Source: Haplodiscus bocki
Lineage: Eukaryota
Reading direction: 5' to 3'
Assembly: GCA_965655095.1 (NCBI GenBank)
Contig: OZ296659.1
Coordinates: 65,224,001 to 65,288,000, forward strand
DNA length: 64,000 nucleotides
A model generated the notes under the pieces. The model saw only the letters and a list, made by a program, of their open reading frames with translations, did no database searches and was not told where the DNA came from. Below, piece after piece: positions 39,251 through 52,400 of this stretch (position 1 is its first letter; the number at the start of each line of letters is the position of its first letter). Both the position numbers and the translations under genes were made by a program.

Positions 39251-41432
39251 AAGCTAGACGCCCGTAAAGCCCAATAGATTCATGGGGGTCGCTGGTTTCA
39301 AATAATTGTAGCTTCTTCAGAAAAAAAAATGTCATGAACATGTTTCTTGTATCTCGTTTTGCCATACGGCGTCCAAAGTTTAGTACAGGTTTTGTTTCTT
39401 TGCCACAATGTTTACTGACTGAGAAAGGTAATAATAGTTCACACAATTTGGTGCATAATTTCCGGAAAACAAAATATGTATATAAAGCTGTATCACGTAG
39501 AACAATTGGGCGTGAAAAACTAAGTTGAAACATTTTTGGCAAATTTGTTTACGGAAAATTTTTTGTCGTGTGTGAATGTTGTTCTCGCATTCCCGGCTCT
39601 AATCTTGGTCCTGACACTAATGGGTGCCTGAAATTTTTGATAACAAAACACTTTGAGCACTTCGAAGCTTTACGTGGTGAAAACAACAAAAGCGACAATA
39701 GTCGGTTATTTTTCCTAATGAAAGGGCTGACCAACATTTTCACGAATCTCCTTCGTGTCTCCGTCCAAAAATTAAACCATCTTCTACCTAGAATCTAATT
39801 CTTCAATTGTGGGGATATCTTATTTGCTTTCACTTAAACACTCGAAACAGTTTGAAAATTATGCTTGGTCGATTCGTTCCCAGATCCCAAGGGCTCCTGT
39901 CATGCCTCTCAAGGGAACGGGGACGTCTGGGTATTGTTTTTCTGTGAATACTAACAAACGGACATGTTGTATTATTCATAAACTGATCCGTGCTAATTAT
40001 TCATTTCTTTTAAGGTTTCACATTTTTGCACCAAAAATTTACACATTTTGAACCGCAGAGTTGCAATAGTTTACAAAACCACTGTAGACCGTCAGTACAC
40101 TTTCATTAATTGAGATTATTCTGCTTTTTTTAGCCTCAAGACGCTATTAATACTTAATCACTTTGATTATTTAGGGTATGTTGTCAAAAACAAATTTGTC
40201 CTGAATGAATTAGTTGATATTGTTTTAAAAAATAAATTATTTGGAAATTGTCCTAAACTAAACCGATGACATAAGGCAAACAAAAAAGGGGAAAAAGATT
40301 TTCTAAACTATGTCAGCCAAAATTTTACTGTATTCGGTAACTATCAACATAAAAGTGAGATACTGCAAGAAAATTCAGCTTAATTTTACAGCTTTGAGTC
40401 TCATTCGAATTTTTTTTTTTTCAAAATTTAGATTGGAGTGATGTTCTTAAACCTGATTTGAGTGCATGTAATTTCTGAATTTAGCACTTCAAAATTGTGA
40501 ATTTTCAAAGTTAAGTCCAACATTTTGTTTTACCCAGCAACCCAGCAACATTAAACATTTCAAAAAATGAGCTGAAACAGATGTCCCGAACCTTCCTTTA
40601 TCTTTGTTCATCAGATTCCCTTGAATAAACAATTTGGGAAATTTAGAAATATTATAATAAACACTATAACACTCTTTTCGACACTTTTTAGAGTTTCTAG
40701 AAGTAAAGAAGACAATTATGTTGACGTCAAAAATGATTTTCATTTCATATGACATCTGCTGGCGTCTTTTTCCAAACTAAATTTTCTCAAGGCTTTTGCA
40801 CAGGATTTTAAAGGATTACTTGCTTTCTAGTTAGACCCTAGAACTGCGTTTCCGTGGTTTTCGGGCAAAACAATGTGGGAATCGAAACGTTTTAAAGCTT
40901 ACTCGTACTTTTTGACTCTAGAAGTTTTTTGAAACTCCCAGGATCTCCTTAATCATTACCGATACATCGCGACATTTATGTGAGAGTTACCGAGTTTGCT
41001 CAGTTTTTTGTGCTTTTTTTGATGTTGAAAACTGGCGAGAAGTTCAAAACTTCACTCAAAAAATTTCGATTTTCAAAATGAAACTTTTCCTGTAATATCA
41101 ACTTCATCCAGACAGTTGTTTGATTAATTTAATTGCCACTCGGTTACGTAACCGATAGGTAGAAGTGCCAAATGGAGAAAACTGCTCGGTTCTTGGTCTT
41201 TGTAAACATGTACAAATCTTCATTTGCTATTTGAAAGTTGACTACTAAAAGTTTTTGAAATCATTCTACGTAAAACTATCGGTAAAACATAGCTCTGAAG
41301 ATTCTTCCAAAATTGAATGCACTCTTCAACTTTAGATTATGACTTGACGCAATCAAAAGATTTTCAAAAAGAATTCCAACCGAAAGAAGATGTTAATCCT
41401 AAATCTACCAGAACGTAACAAAGAAGAGTGGT

Positions 41433-43342
41433 TGTGATGAGTGAGTGATTGTCGGTCAAAGATCTTCTTATTGACCACCAAATCACCTTCCACGGTAACA
41501 TTACCACGAGTCTCATCGATCTTATTTAAGTCTGAACGTGAATGTATCCTACCTGAAGCGGTCATTTGTTGGCCTTCGACATTACCCGAAAAATCTCTCT
41601 GATCCGGATCCAATACAGTACCGGCAACACTTCGGACTGAAGACGCATTGGTTGGTTTAAAAACCAATTCCACTCAAAGAATCACTAAATTTTCTATCTC
41701 AGTCAATACCGCGTCTTGGGTTCTAGTTTCGAGAGTTGTCATCACATTATCCACTTCACTTCGTACTTTATTAAGAATGTTTTCCTCAAGTGTGGGCATA
41801 TCTACTTGTGGATAATTACTTGCGTTAGATTGTTTGTGTTGTCGGAAGCAGAACCGCTATGTGTTACACTATCTATATTTTCATTCTGAACACCATTTTT
41901 GTTCTGTCCAGTCATATAATGAGTATCTCTTTCACTCAACTGGCTAAAAAGCTTTCGTTTTGCTGTTTCTTCTTCCTGGTAGAGAATATTTTGACATCAA
42001 CAATTGAATTAACCAATAAACTCGATTGATTATACAAACACGAAGGAACAGGGAAAGGATATCAGTCAGAAAAATGAAAAGTGAATAAGTTTAGAGTGTT
42101 TTTTGAAGAATCAACATGTTTTCGTTGTCACTAAAATCGTTTTGTCACTTTCTTGGGTCAACTACCGGTCGCGACTTCTCTCATAAACTCTCATTCGATC
42201 CCCAATCAAAACACGCCGTTTCATGTCGTCACAAATATAACTGCAACTAAAACTGAAGATATAAGGAGCATCAAAGAAATTGTACCGCTTCTTCATGACG
42301 TCAGGCTATGAAAAGCAACAAAACAAAACTGCCCTAATACATATGGTTTTCCTATAACGTAACGTTTCTAGGGAAAATGAAAGTGTTCAATTTTTTGAGG
42401 CTTCAATGAGGTCATCCTAACTAAATAAAATGTTAAAGGGTGTGTTCGTACGCTCTTGGTAGTGTTTTGGGACTGTTTTGGATCTTGAGTCAAAACTGTG
42501 ACGCATGACTGGTGTTTGCCAATATAGCTAAGTCAAAGACTGGCCAACAAAGGTTATTTTGACCGACATTTACACCATAGCCCCAAAGTCATGGAATATT
42601 GGTCAGAATGTGCTTTAACAGCGTCAATATGTTCTTTTCATGTAAAACTAAATTGCTTTACAGTTTCGTTTCCTTAAGTGTAAAATTACATAATTTACGT
42701 ATACGACAGAAATTATAGGAAGCACGTTGAATATATATAATTGATAATTGGTCTTAAATAATTCTGTGTAGGGTAGTTCTATTGAAAAGTTCTTTTTATA
42801 CCCAAAGCCCTTTCATTGTACCAAAACAGTTGCGTACGACGCAATAAAAAACTTTTAATTGGTTGTTTTACTGAGAAAGACGTTATCTATTTGGTAGGTC
42901 ATAAGCCGCTCGAAAAACCGGCCGTTGATTGTTTTTAATTCCTTAAGTTTTTTTTGCGCCGGTCAGAAAGCAGGCAACGCTTGCTATTTTGATCGCGGAT
43001 TAAATTTGAGTGTTAAGCACAGCCATAATTGAGTGAATATGGAATTACGCTTTTGGCGAATTAGAATAGAGTTGCAACAAAATCGGTTGTTAGCGTCCCA
43101 GTACAGTATTTAGATTTGTTCTTGCTTGTTCTTGCTTAAAATTTGCGTCTATCGTATGGATTTACAATACATGTATATTGATATAAGATAGTGTTTCTTT
43201 GAAACATAATATTTATTATTGTTCAATTTTTAGTTGTTGCTTCTGTCTCGGAATAAAGTCAAATATGTTCTGTGCTTTCCGTTGTCGACGTTTCCGCACG
43301 TAAGGTCATATACGTGGCCGTCACCAGCTGCAACTTGCGACA
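41433..43342 (-). repeat. 3' LTR of E2 (family B), containing Gag N-terminal ORF remnant (~41997 to 41433)
   Basis: Minus-strand start TGTCGCAAG and end CTCATCACA; direct repeat of 54323-56245; preceded by an eroded PPT (CAACGGGTG). Confidence 0.9.
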
Positions 43343-44999
43343 CACCCGTTGGGACGAAAGTGAACACGCCGCATTGTGTATCATCTATGAACCCTCGGCG
43401 TTTCACTTGTCGTACCCTAATGCTTCCATGGGGTTGGGGGGTTTGGCATAAAAAAAGGTAGCGGTCTCGTCTTTTACTTGCTCCTAAGGTTTGCCGCAAT
43501 CCAGAAAACCGGGAATATAGTCGTTGTTTTGCAAATGTGAGATTTTGGAGATCTTGTGCAATAGTTGATTTCTCAAGGGGGAGGTATCTTGCGCTGGTTG
43601 AGGACTGGTTTGAATCCAAGGGAAGGGGTTATATTGGGAAGTTATCGAAAGGTGAGCGTTGTCGGCAAAGTTCGATTGGGTGGGGGCCGAGGGAACTGCT
43701 GTTCAGCAGTGCTTCTGCGAGTCTTTGTGCCCAACCTGACCAATCAGCAAAAGTTTCGTCAGCCGTTGAGGAAATGTCAAAAAATTGGGTTTGAAATGTA
43801 CAGTGGGGGGGGGGGGGGGAGGGGGGGCGTGGTGGTTGTGTGCCGTCAAATGTTTCCCCGCGCTGAATGATCACGAGTTGGTTTTTCTGGTTCTTTGCAT
43901 CATAAGAGTTGGCTCTAAAATGTTTTTCGGGGAAGGAGCATGGTGTTGAATCGCTTCCGATAGTTGAAATTTAGACTGGCTCAACAACCATAGTCTTGTC
44001 ATCTTCAAGACCATATTGAGTCGAGTCTTCTGTCCTTTCTTTTCCTTTAAAGTGCTTTAAAGCTTTTTTTGTTCGTGTAATTTCTGAGTTTTTCGAAAAA
44101 TTTATTGAACTGTGAGCAGTTAGAATGTTTGAATGGAATGATTTGGTAATTTTTTGAAGAAAACAATTTTTGAATATTCCCGCGGAAATTGTTGTCCAAT
44201 AGGAGTATCTGATGTGTTTGAGGGAATACTTTGTATTCAACATGAGATTGTTTTGTCATGAATAGGTTTGGCGCCATCTTCACAGCTGTTTTGAAGTAGC
44301 TTTTGATGAAGATTGGGTGAATTGATTGAAATTTATTTAAAGTGATCTGAACTTTTGCTTCGCGCTTGGTCTTTGATATGTCGGTATGACGGTATCAACC
44401 AATCAGAGTTTGTTGGTAAACCTTGAGGAAAATTAATAAAACTGACGGAAGTGAAACGAAGGAAATGTTGTAATTTTCATGTCTTTTAGGGGCTCAAAAG
44501 GTGAAAACTGGCAGACGTGACCGTGCAAAAAATGTTAAATATGTAAACAAAATATTGCAGAATACTGTACAACCATACTGTACAACCACGACATCTTGAA
44601 TTTTGAATTGTTTATTTTGAATTGTTTTATCAACATGATCGTGAAGAGTGTGGATGTTATTTTTGTGTAGTGGAATAATTTGGAATCAATCGTCGAGTGT
44701 GTTTTATCAAGTGGAGAACCTCGATGTTCAAATACAAGCTAGTCAGTATCCAAAGTCAGGTAGCGGTCATTAGTCGGTCAGTTGTCAATTTACGGCCTGG
44801 AATAGAAGAAAAAGTCATCGTGCAGTTTTTGTTGTGTCAATTGACCGGAAGATTTTTTGGAGCCAGTCCCAAAGTAGTAAATATTCTTCTATTGACTCTG
44901 CGAATAGAGTAAGTATTGTTCAGTTTCAATTTGCAACCAAAGAATCTGTAATTGGATCAAGAACTACTTGAAATGTGAAAATTGTTTTTTCACTTGGCC

Positions 45000-47820
45000 A
45001 GAGTGATTTTCTCCTCAAAAAAACAGGTGATTTCCGGTGTCAGGAACGAATCGTGTTTCCGGTATAGGACGTCCATTTGCAAAAATGAGTGAAATTGCGG
45101 GAACATTGCCTCGCAATTTTGTCAAAGTTCTTCATTTAGGTAAGGAATCCAGTTCAGTTGGTGCAGTCGACGAAAAGATGCAGACTAGTGAGATTCAAAG
45201 AGAGACTGGGGCTTTTGCCAAAGTTCCGTTCGCTGCTCTAATCGATTTTGACCCGGAGGTCCCCCTCAGAAATAAGCACTGTTTCAATTTTATGTTGTGC
45301 AAGCAGATTCGAAATATGGCATCCTGGGGAGTGTCAGAGTTGGGCGGCATTTTGAACAAAGCCATCATCTTAGAGCTGACCAAAGATACCGCGATAAATA
45401 TTCTCCCCTAGCTGTTCTCGGAAAGTATACGCGTGTGCTGTATGGAGAAAAGCTGGAGGAGGCTCGGTACAAGTACTTGAATTTTGACGTGCCCGAGCTC
45501 AATCGTAAACGCTTTTACTGTTATGACGTTGTGGAGGGGAAACGTTTTGACTTCTAAAGTGGAAAAGAAAGGGCACACATCCAGTTGCGTTTTTTGATGA
45601 TTCTATTGTGGAATAGAGGAGAGATAAGGGACCTTGAAGAATACTGGACACAAGTGGGGGTGTTGAATGGTAACTCTACCTCGACATCCGGGTTCAGTTG
45701 GGGTCCTGAAAGCATTACTGTAAGTAATTCAACCTCCAGGCAGTAAAAGTAGTGTTGACTTTTTGTTGACCGTTCGAATGGAATTGCATTGGAGTGAATT
45801 GGGTCCTAGGACGGTCAATTAAATAATTTTTTTTCAACATTTTTTTAAGGATTGCTCCATCACTGTTTCCTGTCACTAATGGATCACTTGAAGATCATTT
45901 TGGCTCGGAGCGCGTTGTATTCATTGCTTTTCCGGACTTTACCGAAAATGAAGAGTCTTCACTTGCGATATTGGGAGAGTCAAAGCTTAGTTGACATTGA
46001 AAGTGTTAGATTGTCTCGAGTTGTTCCTGTTGTAAAGGGCGAATTGACTTTGAATGCCCAGTTACAGTCTGCAATCTCTGTGAAACCGCAATTCTTTTCG
46101 TGTCGATGGTGCAGTGTTGAGGGTATGAAAGCACTTGATCAAGATACAGTGCGTCCAGGGGGCGTTCAGTATCCGTTTAGTTAGAAACGTGTGGACATCA
46201 GAAAACTTGCGTGGGACTGCTGCAGATCTTGTTAGTGCGTTTGACTGGCTCTCTGGATGAGATAAGAAAGCACGCCACTTGGCTTTTGAGACAAGTGGGT
46301 CAGTAGTTTTTTCAAGACCTGGTTGTGACTTTTTAGGGTTTCTAAACGGTTATTTTGTAGCCTGTTGAATATCAAGCATTCATTTTGGAGAATTGTCACA
46401 TCTTGGTGGAGGAGATGCTTATTTACTGGGTTCAAATTTTGTATTTTCTTCCGTCAATTGCTCCTTGCCAAGAATCCTAGATTATTATCGGGAAGGTACT
46501 GTGTTTTCTTGATGTTATTTGAACCGCTTGTGTACTACGTTTCGTCTGCTTCATTTTTGTTATTGCAGGGTCAATTAATTGATGATTTTGTACTGGGTGA
46601 CAATTTTTTTATTCTGAGTTGGATTTGTTTCAACGTTTAATGAAGGGCTACCGGGAATGTTTCCGTACAATTCCTGGAGATCGGCGGGAATAGGGCTTCA
46701 TTCTGAATGGGCAGATGATCACTTTCTTCCATCGGGTTCTGCACCGCATTTTGCCCCATCGACATTTGTCTAAGGAGGATGAGTGGGATAACTTGAAATG
46801 CTTCGACTTCCTGGGTGAAGACTCACTGGAAAATGACCAATTTATGCTGAAAGCTTTCCTTCGCGATCGTGCCTTGTCATCCGTTAAAGAGCAAATAAAT
46901 GTGGGGAAAAAGAAAGGGGAAGTGGAACTCACTCTGCTGCAGCCGCTTTCATCAACGCAAACTATAATCCCTTTCACGATGCTTGTCTGGAGTTTTTGAG
47001 GAAAGTATGTGAGGAACTGTTGCGGCAGCCTCCTTGGAAGTCTGATCCTGTTGTTGGTTCTGCCTGCTCCGATTTTTTGTGCCTTTTGAACTCCCTAAGA
47101 TTCAGAACACTGAGTGCTTTAAACAGATTTTCAAAAGTTTTAGTGATCGGCAATGGATTGCAAAAATGTCGGGGCCTGTTGAAGGACTGCTTTATGGAAT
47201 TTGTCAATGACCTGAGACTTGTATATATTGATAAAGCTGGCAAATGTCATGAAGCAGATGATATGATTGCGTTTTTGAGCTGGTGCCCGAACTTAGAACG
47301 GCGTAAACATAGTCGCTTGTTGTCCGAGATGTGCTGTTTGTGTCTGCTACATAGCAGAGTTTGCATCGCTTATGTTGGTTTGGGTTCCGGGAAGCGCCGT
47401 GAGTGAACTGCGGATCTGACCTCTAAAACTTTCAGTTTTCAATGATATTCTATCTCCGCTAGTCAGGTTTGTGGTTTTATAGCAGATCCTCCATTAATTG
47501 CTGCTTGCACTGCTTTGCTGGACGATTTTGGTGATTCTGCCTTGGTGTCAAGCTATGGATTTTTGTGGATTTTATTCAGTGTCAACAGATCTCTTCAAAT
47601 ATTGCAAAACGGCACGAAATTGTTCGATCCCGCTCGGGCCATAATGAGTCAATTGCTGTGTCAAGTACTGTTGTACCCATTGATTTGCCTAAACGAAATC
47701 CAGAAACAGCTGAAGGACCAAAAAAGAAATAAGCAAGACATCGAAAGCTCAGGAAGCGAAAACTTGATTTTGAAAAAGAAAAAACCAAGTGATGGGGCTG
47801 ATTGTTCTCATGATTGAATG
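45000..47820 (+). pseudogene. Decayed antisense ORF(s) of unknown function inside E2 (opposite strand to gag-pol)
   Basis: Consecutive plus-strand ORF pieces 45037-45411, 45297-45557, 45852-46184, 46715-46999, 46996-47406 and 47515-47817. They have globular-protein-like composition (e.g. FMEFVNDLRLVYID..DDMIAFLSWCPNL..EMCCLCL) and are linked by apparent frameshifts. Confidence 0.6.
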
Positions 47821-47999
47821 TACCGAATTGATTGAATTGTTTATTTGCATCTGAAACATTCTTAGAGTAGAGTTTATATACTGCATGTGTTCAATAACTC
47901 TAGATTTCCGAGTAGTTAGAACTGGGATTTAGTCGTAAGTTGTTTTTATCGCCGCGCGTGTTTTTGTCGTCATGAAGATCGTTCGTTTTTGAAGCGGAC

Positions 48000-50900
48000 G
48001 GCATATCATTTATATTCGCGGAGTTAGTATTTTCTGTGGGGTCAAACTATACCTGGGTGCCTTTAATGTGACTTTTGTAAGTTAGTCCAAAATCATCTTT
48101 AGTGAACGCACTTTGACCAACGTCTCGGGAATCTGGGCGGTCGATTACCAAGTCAATGTTAAGATTTTGACTGTTATTAGGTTTTTGGTTACCGAGGTCA
48201 AAGGTAGTATTTTTTTCGATGGTTCTACGTGAGTCAATTACGTTAGGATCCCGGTATGTTAGTGGATTATCTAAACTTGGCTCATCTTCATTTTTTAAGG
48301 CTATAGTGTACTAGTCGTCTTGCGGTAATAACTTTTATTGCAGCGTTGTAATTGTTCCTTTTGATAGGAGTCATGAAGCGGTTGTTCGCTGTTCTTTTTA
48401 CGTAATCTAATTCGGTGTAAACCTTGAGTTTTGATTTTGCTGATTCGTCGAACGAAATAAATATCGTTGGGTAGTACTTTTTCAATCACATAAGGACATA
48501 AGGACTGATCGATGTGCATTCTCGGATTGGGTTTTTTGATACTTGGTAGTCCGTTTTTGGTTGTAGAATGTAATAATGGTTTTTTTTCATGGAGTTGGCG
48601 AAGCTCTAGTTTTTTGTCATATTAACGTTTGCATTAAACTTATGACTGCATGACGTTTTTTTGGTTATGTCGTATAAAATATGCGTTCGTCTAAGTGGTT
48701 CATTGGCGATGTCTATGGTCACTTTTAGGTTAGGATCGAGTTTGAGTCCTAAGTTATGATCAAGTATGTTGTAGGGGACTCTGCCGTGGAACGCCTCTAG
48801 TCGGCTCACATCTCATGATTGTGTAGTAAGACGTTTTTGTTGTTTAAATATACCAAGGACAGAAATTTGTGCCATTATTTTCGGTATTCACCTGATGCCA
48901 CTCTAGGTGAAGTTTTTGTTGTGGCATGTGCTCTTTCTAGGACTCCCATTGTTTTTGCGTGTTTACTGGTTGCGTGTTTCAACGTAATACTCAATACTGC
49001 TGCTATCTCACTAATGACATCCGTATGAAAACTGATCTTTTGTCTGTAATCATTAGTGTGGGTAGATACTCGTGCCTTGTCATGATATCTATGTTGACTT
49101 TCTCTGTGTTTACAGCAGTGAGGGTAGAGACTTGGTATGCAAAAGCGTATCTAGAAAACACGTCTATTGCTCTGCCAATGTTCTCGTAACCTCCACTTGG
49201 TGGTAGTTGTGAGAGTAGGTCTATTTGCATGATACCTTCCCTTCCCATGTGCCATTAGGCACGCTGATTCTTTCAAATATTAGTTTCATGTTATTGATTA
49301 GCTTTTCTTTGATGCATGTTTTACATTGTGATAGCCAAATTCGTACGTACTTCGCTATTGATGGAAAATAGTATTTGCGTTGTAATTCTTGCATCATTTA
49401 GGATATGCCACGATGTTTGCTTAGTGTACCATGGAATGATTTCAAAGGACTGCTAGTAGTTGTGCAGGTACTAATACTTGTAGGTGACTAATCTCACCTA
49501 CTTCGTTGTAGTGTTGTGTTTGAGGTATGTCTTCTTTGAGAAATATGCGTTTTCTATTTCGGGAGTAGTGCATGTATCTTGCATCGTTGATTAGTACTTG
49601 GTCGTCAAATGGTAGTCCGAGCACTTTTTGCTTGAAGTTCGGGAGGGTAGTGTCGGAATCTTGTTCTCTTAGTATTCGTGAGTGTTTATTAAAATGTGCC
49701 CTGTCTATAATTGACAGTTCTTGGGTGGGTCAATGTTGTAGTAGGAAGCTTTCGTTGTGACCGGAGGTTGACTGGATATTGCGTTGCGAAGGTCAGCTTT
49801 GGGCTGCCAGATTTCTTGTTCGGGGACTTCTATTTGGTCATCGTTGTTTTTTGAAGACTGGTACTTCTTGTGATATACCTGTTGATCCTATGTCGACTTC
49901 AATGTGTTTGATACTTATGTCTTCTCGGATTTTTAAGATTGCTTTTTTCGTTTGGGTCAGCTTCAAAACCTGATAGGAATACTGCCGTAGTGTTCATTTT
50001 CCTAAGAATGTGTACTATTGCAAAATTGAACTGCAATACAAAATCACATGCATCCTAAAGTGTTGGCGATTTTGTTTACGTTTGGAGAACTCTTGTGATC
50101 ATTTTCCTGTCAGTCATGATAATGGTGGTTTGGTGGCGCCCCAAAAGATATGTCCAAATTCTCTTAAAGCTAAGCAAATAACTAGAAATTCTTTTGCATA
50201 GAATGTTATTTCGATTTGGAACCGTATAAATGGTTTTGACCCCTATGCGGCTGGTGCATAAGTTTTCCTCACTGATATGTATTTTTGGTTGGGATCGTTT
50301 TCAATTAGGACTGCGTGTCTGGCTGCTTGGAAGCTAGTGCCCGTCATCAGCACTAGTTGTTTGTTTGGAAGCGGGTGTCTAAGGGCAAATTGTCGAAATG
50401 TGACTAATGTGCTGCTCAGCCTTTGGAATCCATTCGTAAGTTCTTGAGTATTACTAATTTTGCCTTCTGCATCAGCGTTTTTAACAATTGAAAAAATGGT
50501 GTAAATATTTCTGCTTGTCTGTGCATGTAATTTCTGTACCAGTTCAAAAATCCGAAGAATCGTTGTAAAACTTTTTTGGATCGAAAGAATTTGACTTCTT
50601 CAAATAAAGTTGTATTTTTGATTTTTTGTGGTTCAATGGTTCGTCCAAGGTAGTCGATTTGCTGTTCTCCAAAGTGGCACTTCGCCATTGTTGTTTTTAA
50701 TCTGGTTTTTGTATGCACGCAAAAACTGTTTTCAAGTTGCAAAATATTTGTTGAGCATCGTTAACTGCGATGCCTATGTCGTTGACGCATTGCGCGGTTC
50801 GGTCCACTTTTTTGACTAGATCAAGATATTGTCGCATAAGGCTGGAAAGTGCTGAAAGAGCTCTGTTGAGGCCTCGGGCCAGTCTTAAATATGCAAAAGT

Positions 50901-52400
50901 TCGAATTGCAAAGTTAAATGCCAGCTTCTGTTTTGATCTCTGCTAGGCCTTTGTAAGCAGTGGTACGCTTGCCAACAATCTAATTTGCAAATTTTTCTTC
51001 CCAACCATATGTTCGGCAGCATCCGGCAGCGTACTGACGGGATGTTATTGTTTATATAGTCGTCAGCGATAACATTATTGATTTTTCTCAAGTTAATAAA
51101 CAGTCGGAATTTTCCATTGGGTTTTCATTGGGCGGAAATATGGCTAGCGAATTTACTAAAAAGTGTTGTGATGATACCATACTTGTGTAACAGAGCTAAT
51201 TCTACCAGTATATCTTCTTTGAGGTTCAGTGGAGCTCGAAGACATTGAATATATCTTGCTCTATCGTCAATGGGTCTCAACTTGACCTTGAAATCTTTAT
51301 TGATGCGGATCTCGAATCGATGCTTGGTAAAAATGTCATCGAATTGGATTAGTAGGTTTTGTATTTTCGCTTTTGTCTGTTGATCAACTATTGAATCTGT
51401 CCAGTCAAAATTGGATAAGAATTGGACACCTGAAATTTAGTTTATTTGGGTATCGAGTCCCTCTAATTCTTCTAAGGCGTATAATTCCGTGAGGATACGC
51501 TTTGGCATAGGTGTCTGATTGCTGGGATTGCTTGGACTCTGCGGTGACTGGAACCAATAGGTCTCAACGATGGTATCTGACCTGGGGATTTAGAGCAAAC
51601 TATTTACATATTGTAGGGCGTTGTCATGGTTATTGTCTAGCAGATATCTGATGGGTGTTGGGTGGAATGTCTGGATATATTCCATCTGTTCTGGAGTCAG
51701 TTTGAGAAGTTAGCGATGTGAGTTGTTTTTTGAGTGTATAAGGGTGACCTTGAAAGATATTGATCTGAGTTATATGTTGCTGATTGTTACTAGATCCTAT
51801 AGCTGGGCAGATAAAAAGCTCGTCGTTGTTTTCAGTTCGTTAGAATGTTTTTAAATTTTTTTGTGTAGATAGGGATTAACTTAAATTATGTTCTGTTTTC
51901 TGGGTTGGGCTATAAATTTCTATGGGTTAATGAGAGGTTTGTTATTGTTTGGGTACGAACAGTTGGCGTCTTTGAGCTGTATGGGAAAGGACGGGAAGAT
52001 AAGAAATCCTTGTCTCATATCCAATACCATGCCATTGAGTTGCAAGAAGAAGAGTCCAGAAAACGGATTGGCTAAGTTGGACATAACTATGAAACGCTCT
52101 ACAAATGTGATGTCACCCACTTCGAATTGCACTTCAATTGCTGCAATAGGCGTTTCTAATTGTCCGTTCGCCACCATGATTTGAAAATCTGGTAAGGGAC
52201 CCTCTTTCTGGATAATTGGGCTGCAATTTCATTGCGTTTTTCAAAGTCGGCCTCTAAGATGGCCTTGGATAGGGAGCTCATATCGATTAGGATGTCAATT
52301 GTTAAATGTATTGGAAAATGCAACATTTCTCTTTTGTTTTTTTTATGATGGTTTGCCGAAAATGGTAGAAAATTTATACTTCCACCGAGGATTGATTTCA
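48000..52400 (-). pseudogene. Gypsy pol pseudogene: aspartic protease, reverse transcriptase, RNase H, integrase
   Basis: PR: IDILIDMSS (eroded DTG) and MVANGQLETPIAAIEVQFEVGD. RT: CKLDCWQAYH, FASRTFAY.RLARGL, CVNDIGIA (eroded YxDD), AKCHFGEQQIDYLGRTI. RH: LVLMTGTSF..YAKEFLVI. INT: H-x-H..CKTC zinc finger, IDVFSRY..ITDK core, SPYVIEKVLPND. Confidence 0.93.

Noticed and set aside
41239-43342. Treating the whole 2.1 kb direct repeat (41239-43342 / 54129-56245) as the LTR
   Set aside because: Those ends give no TSD. Boundary 41433 gives a perfect GTGGT TSD and matches the terminus of the third copy (9193) and the remnant at 54090.
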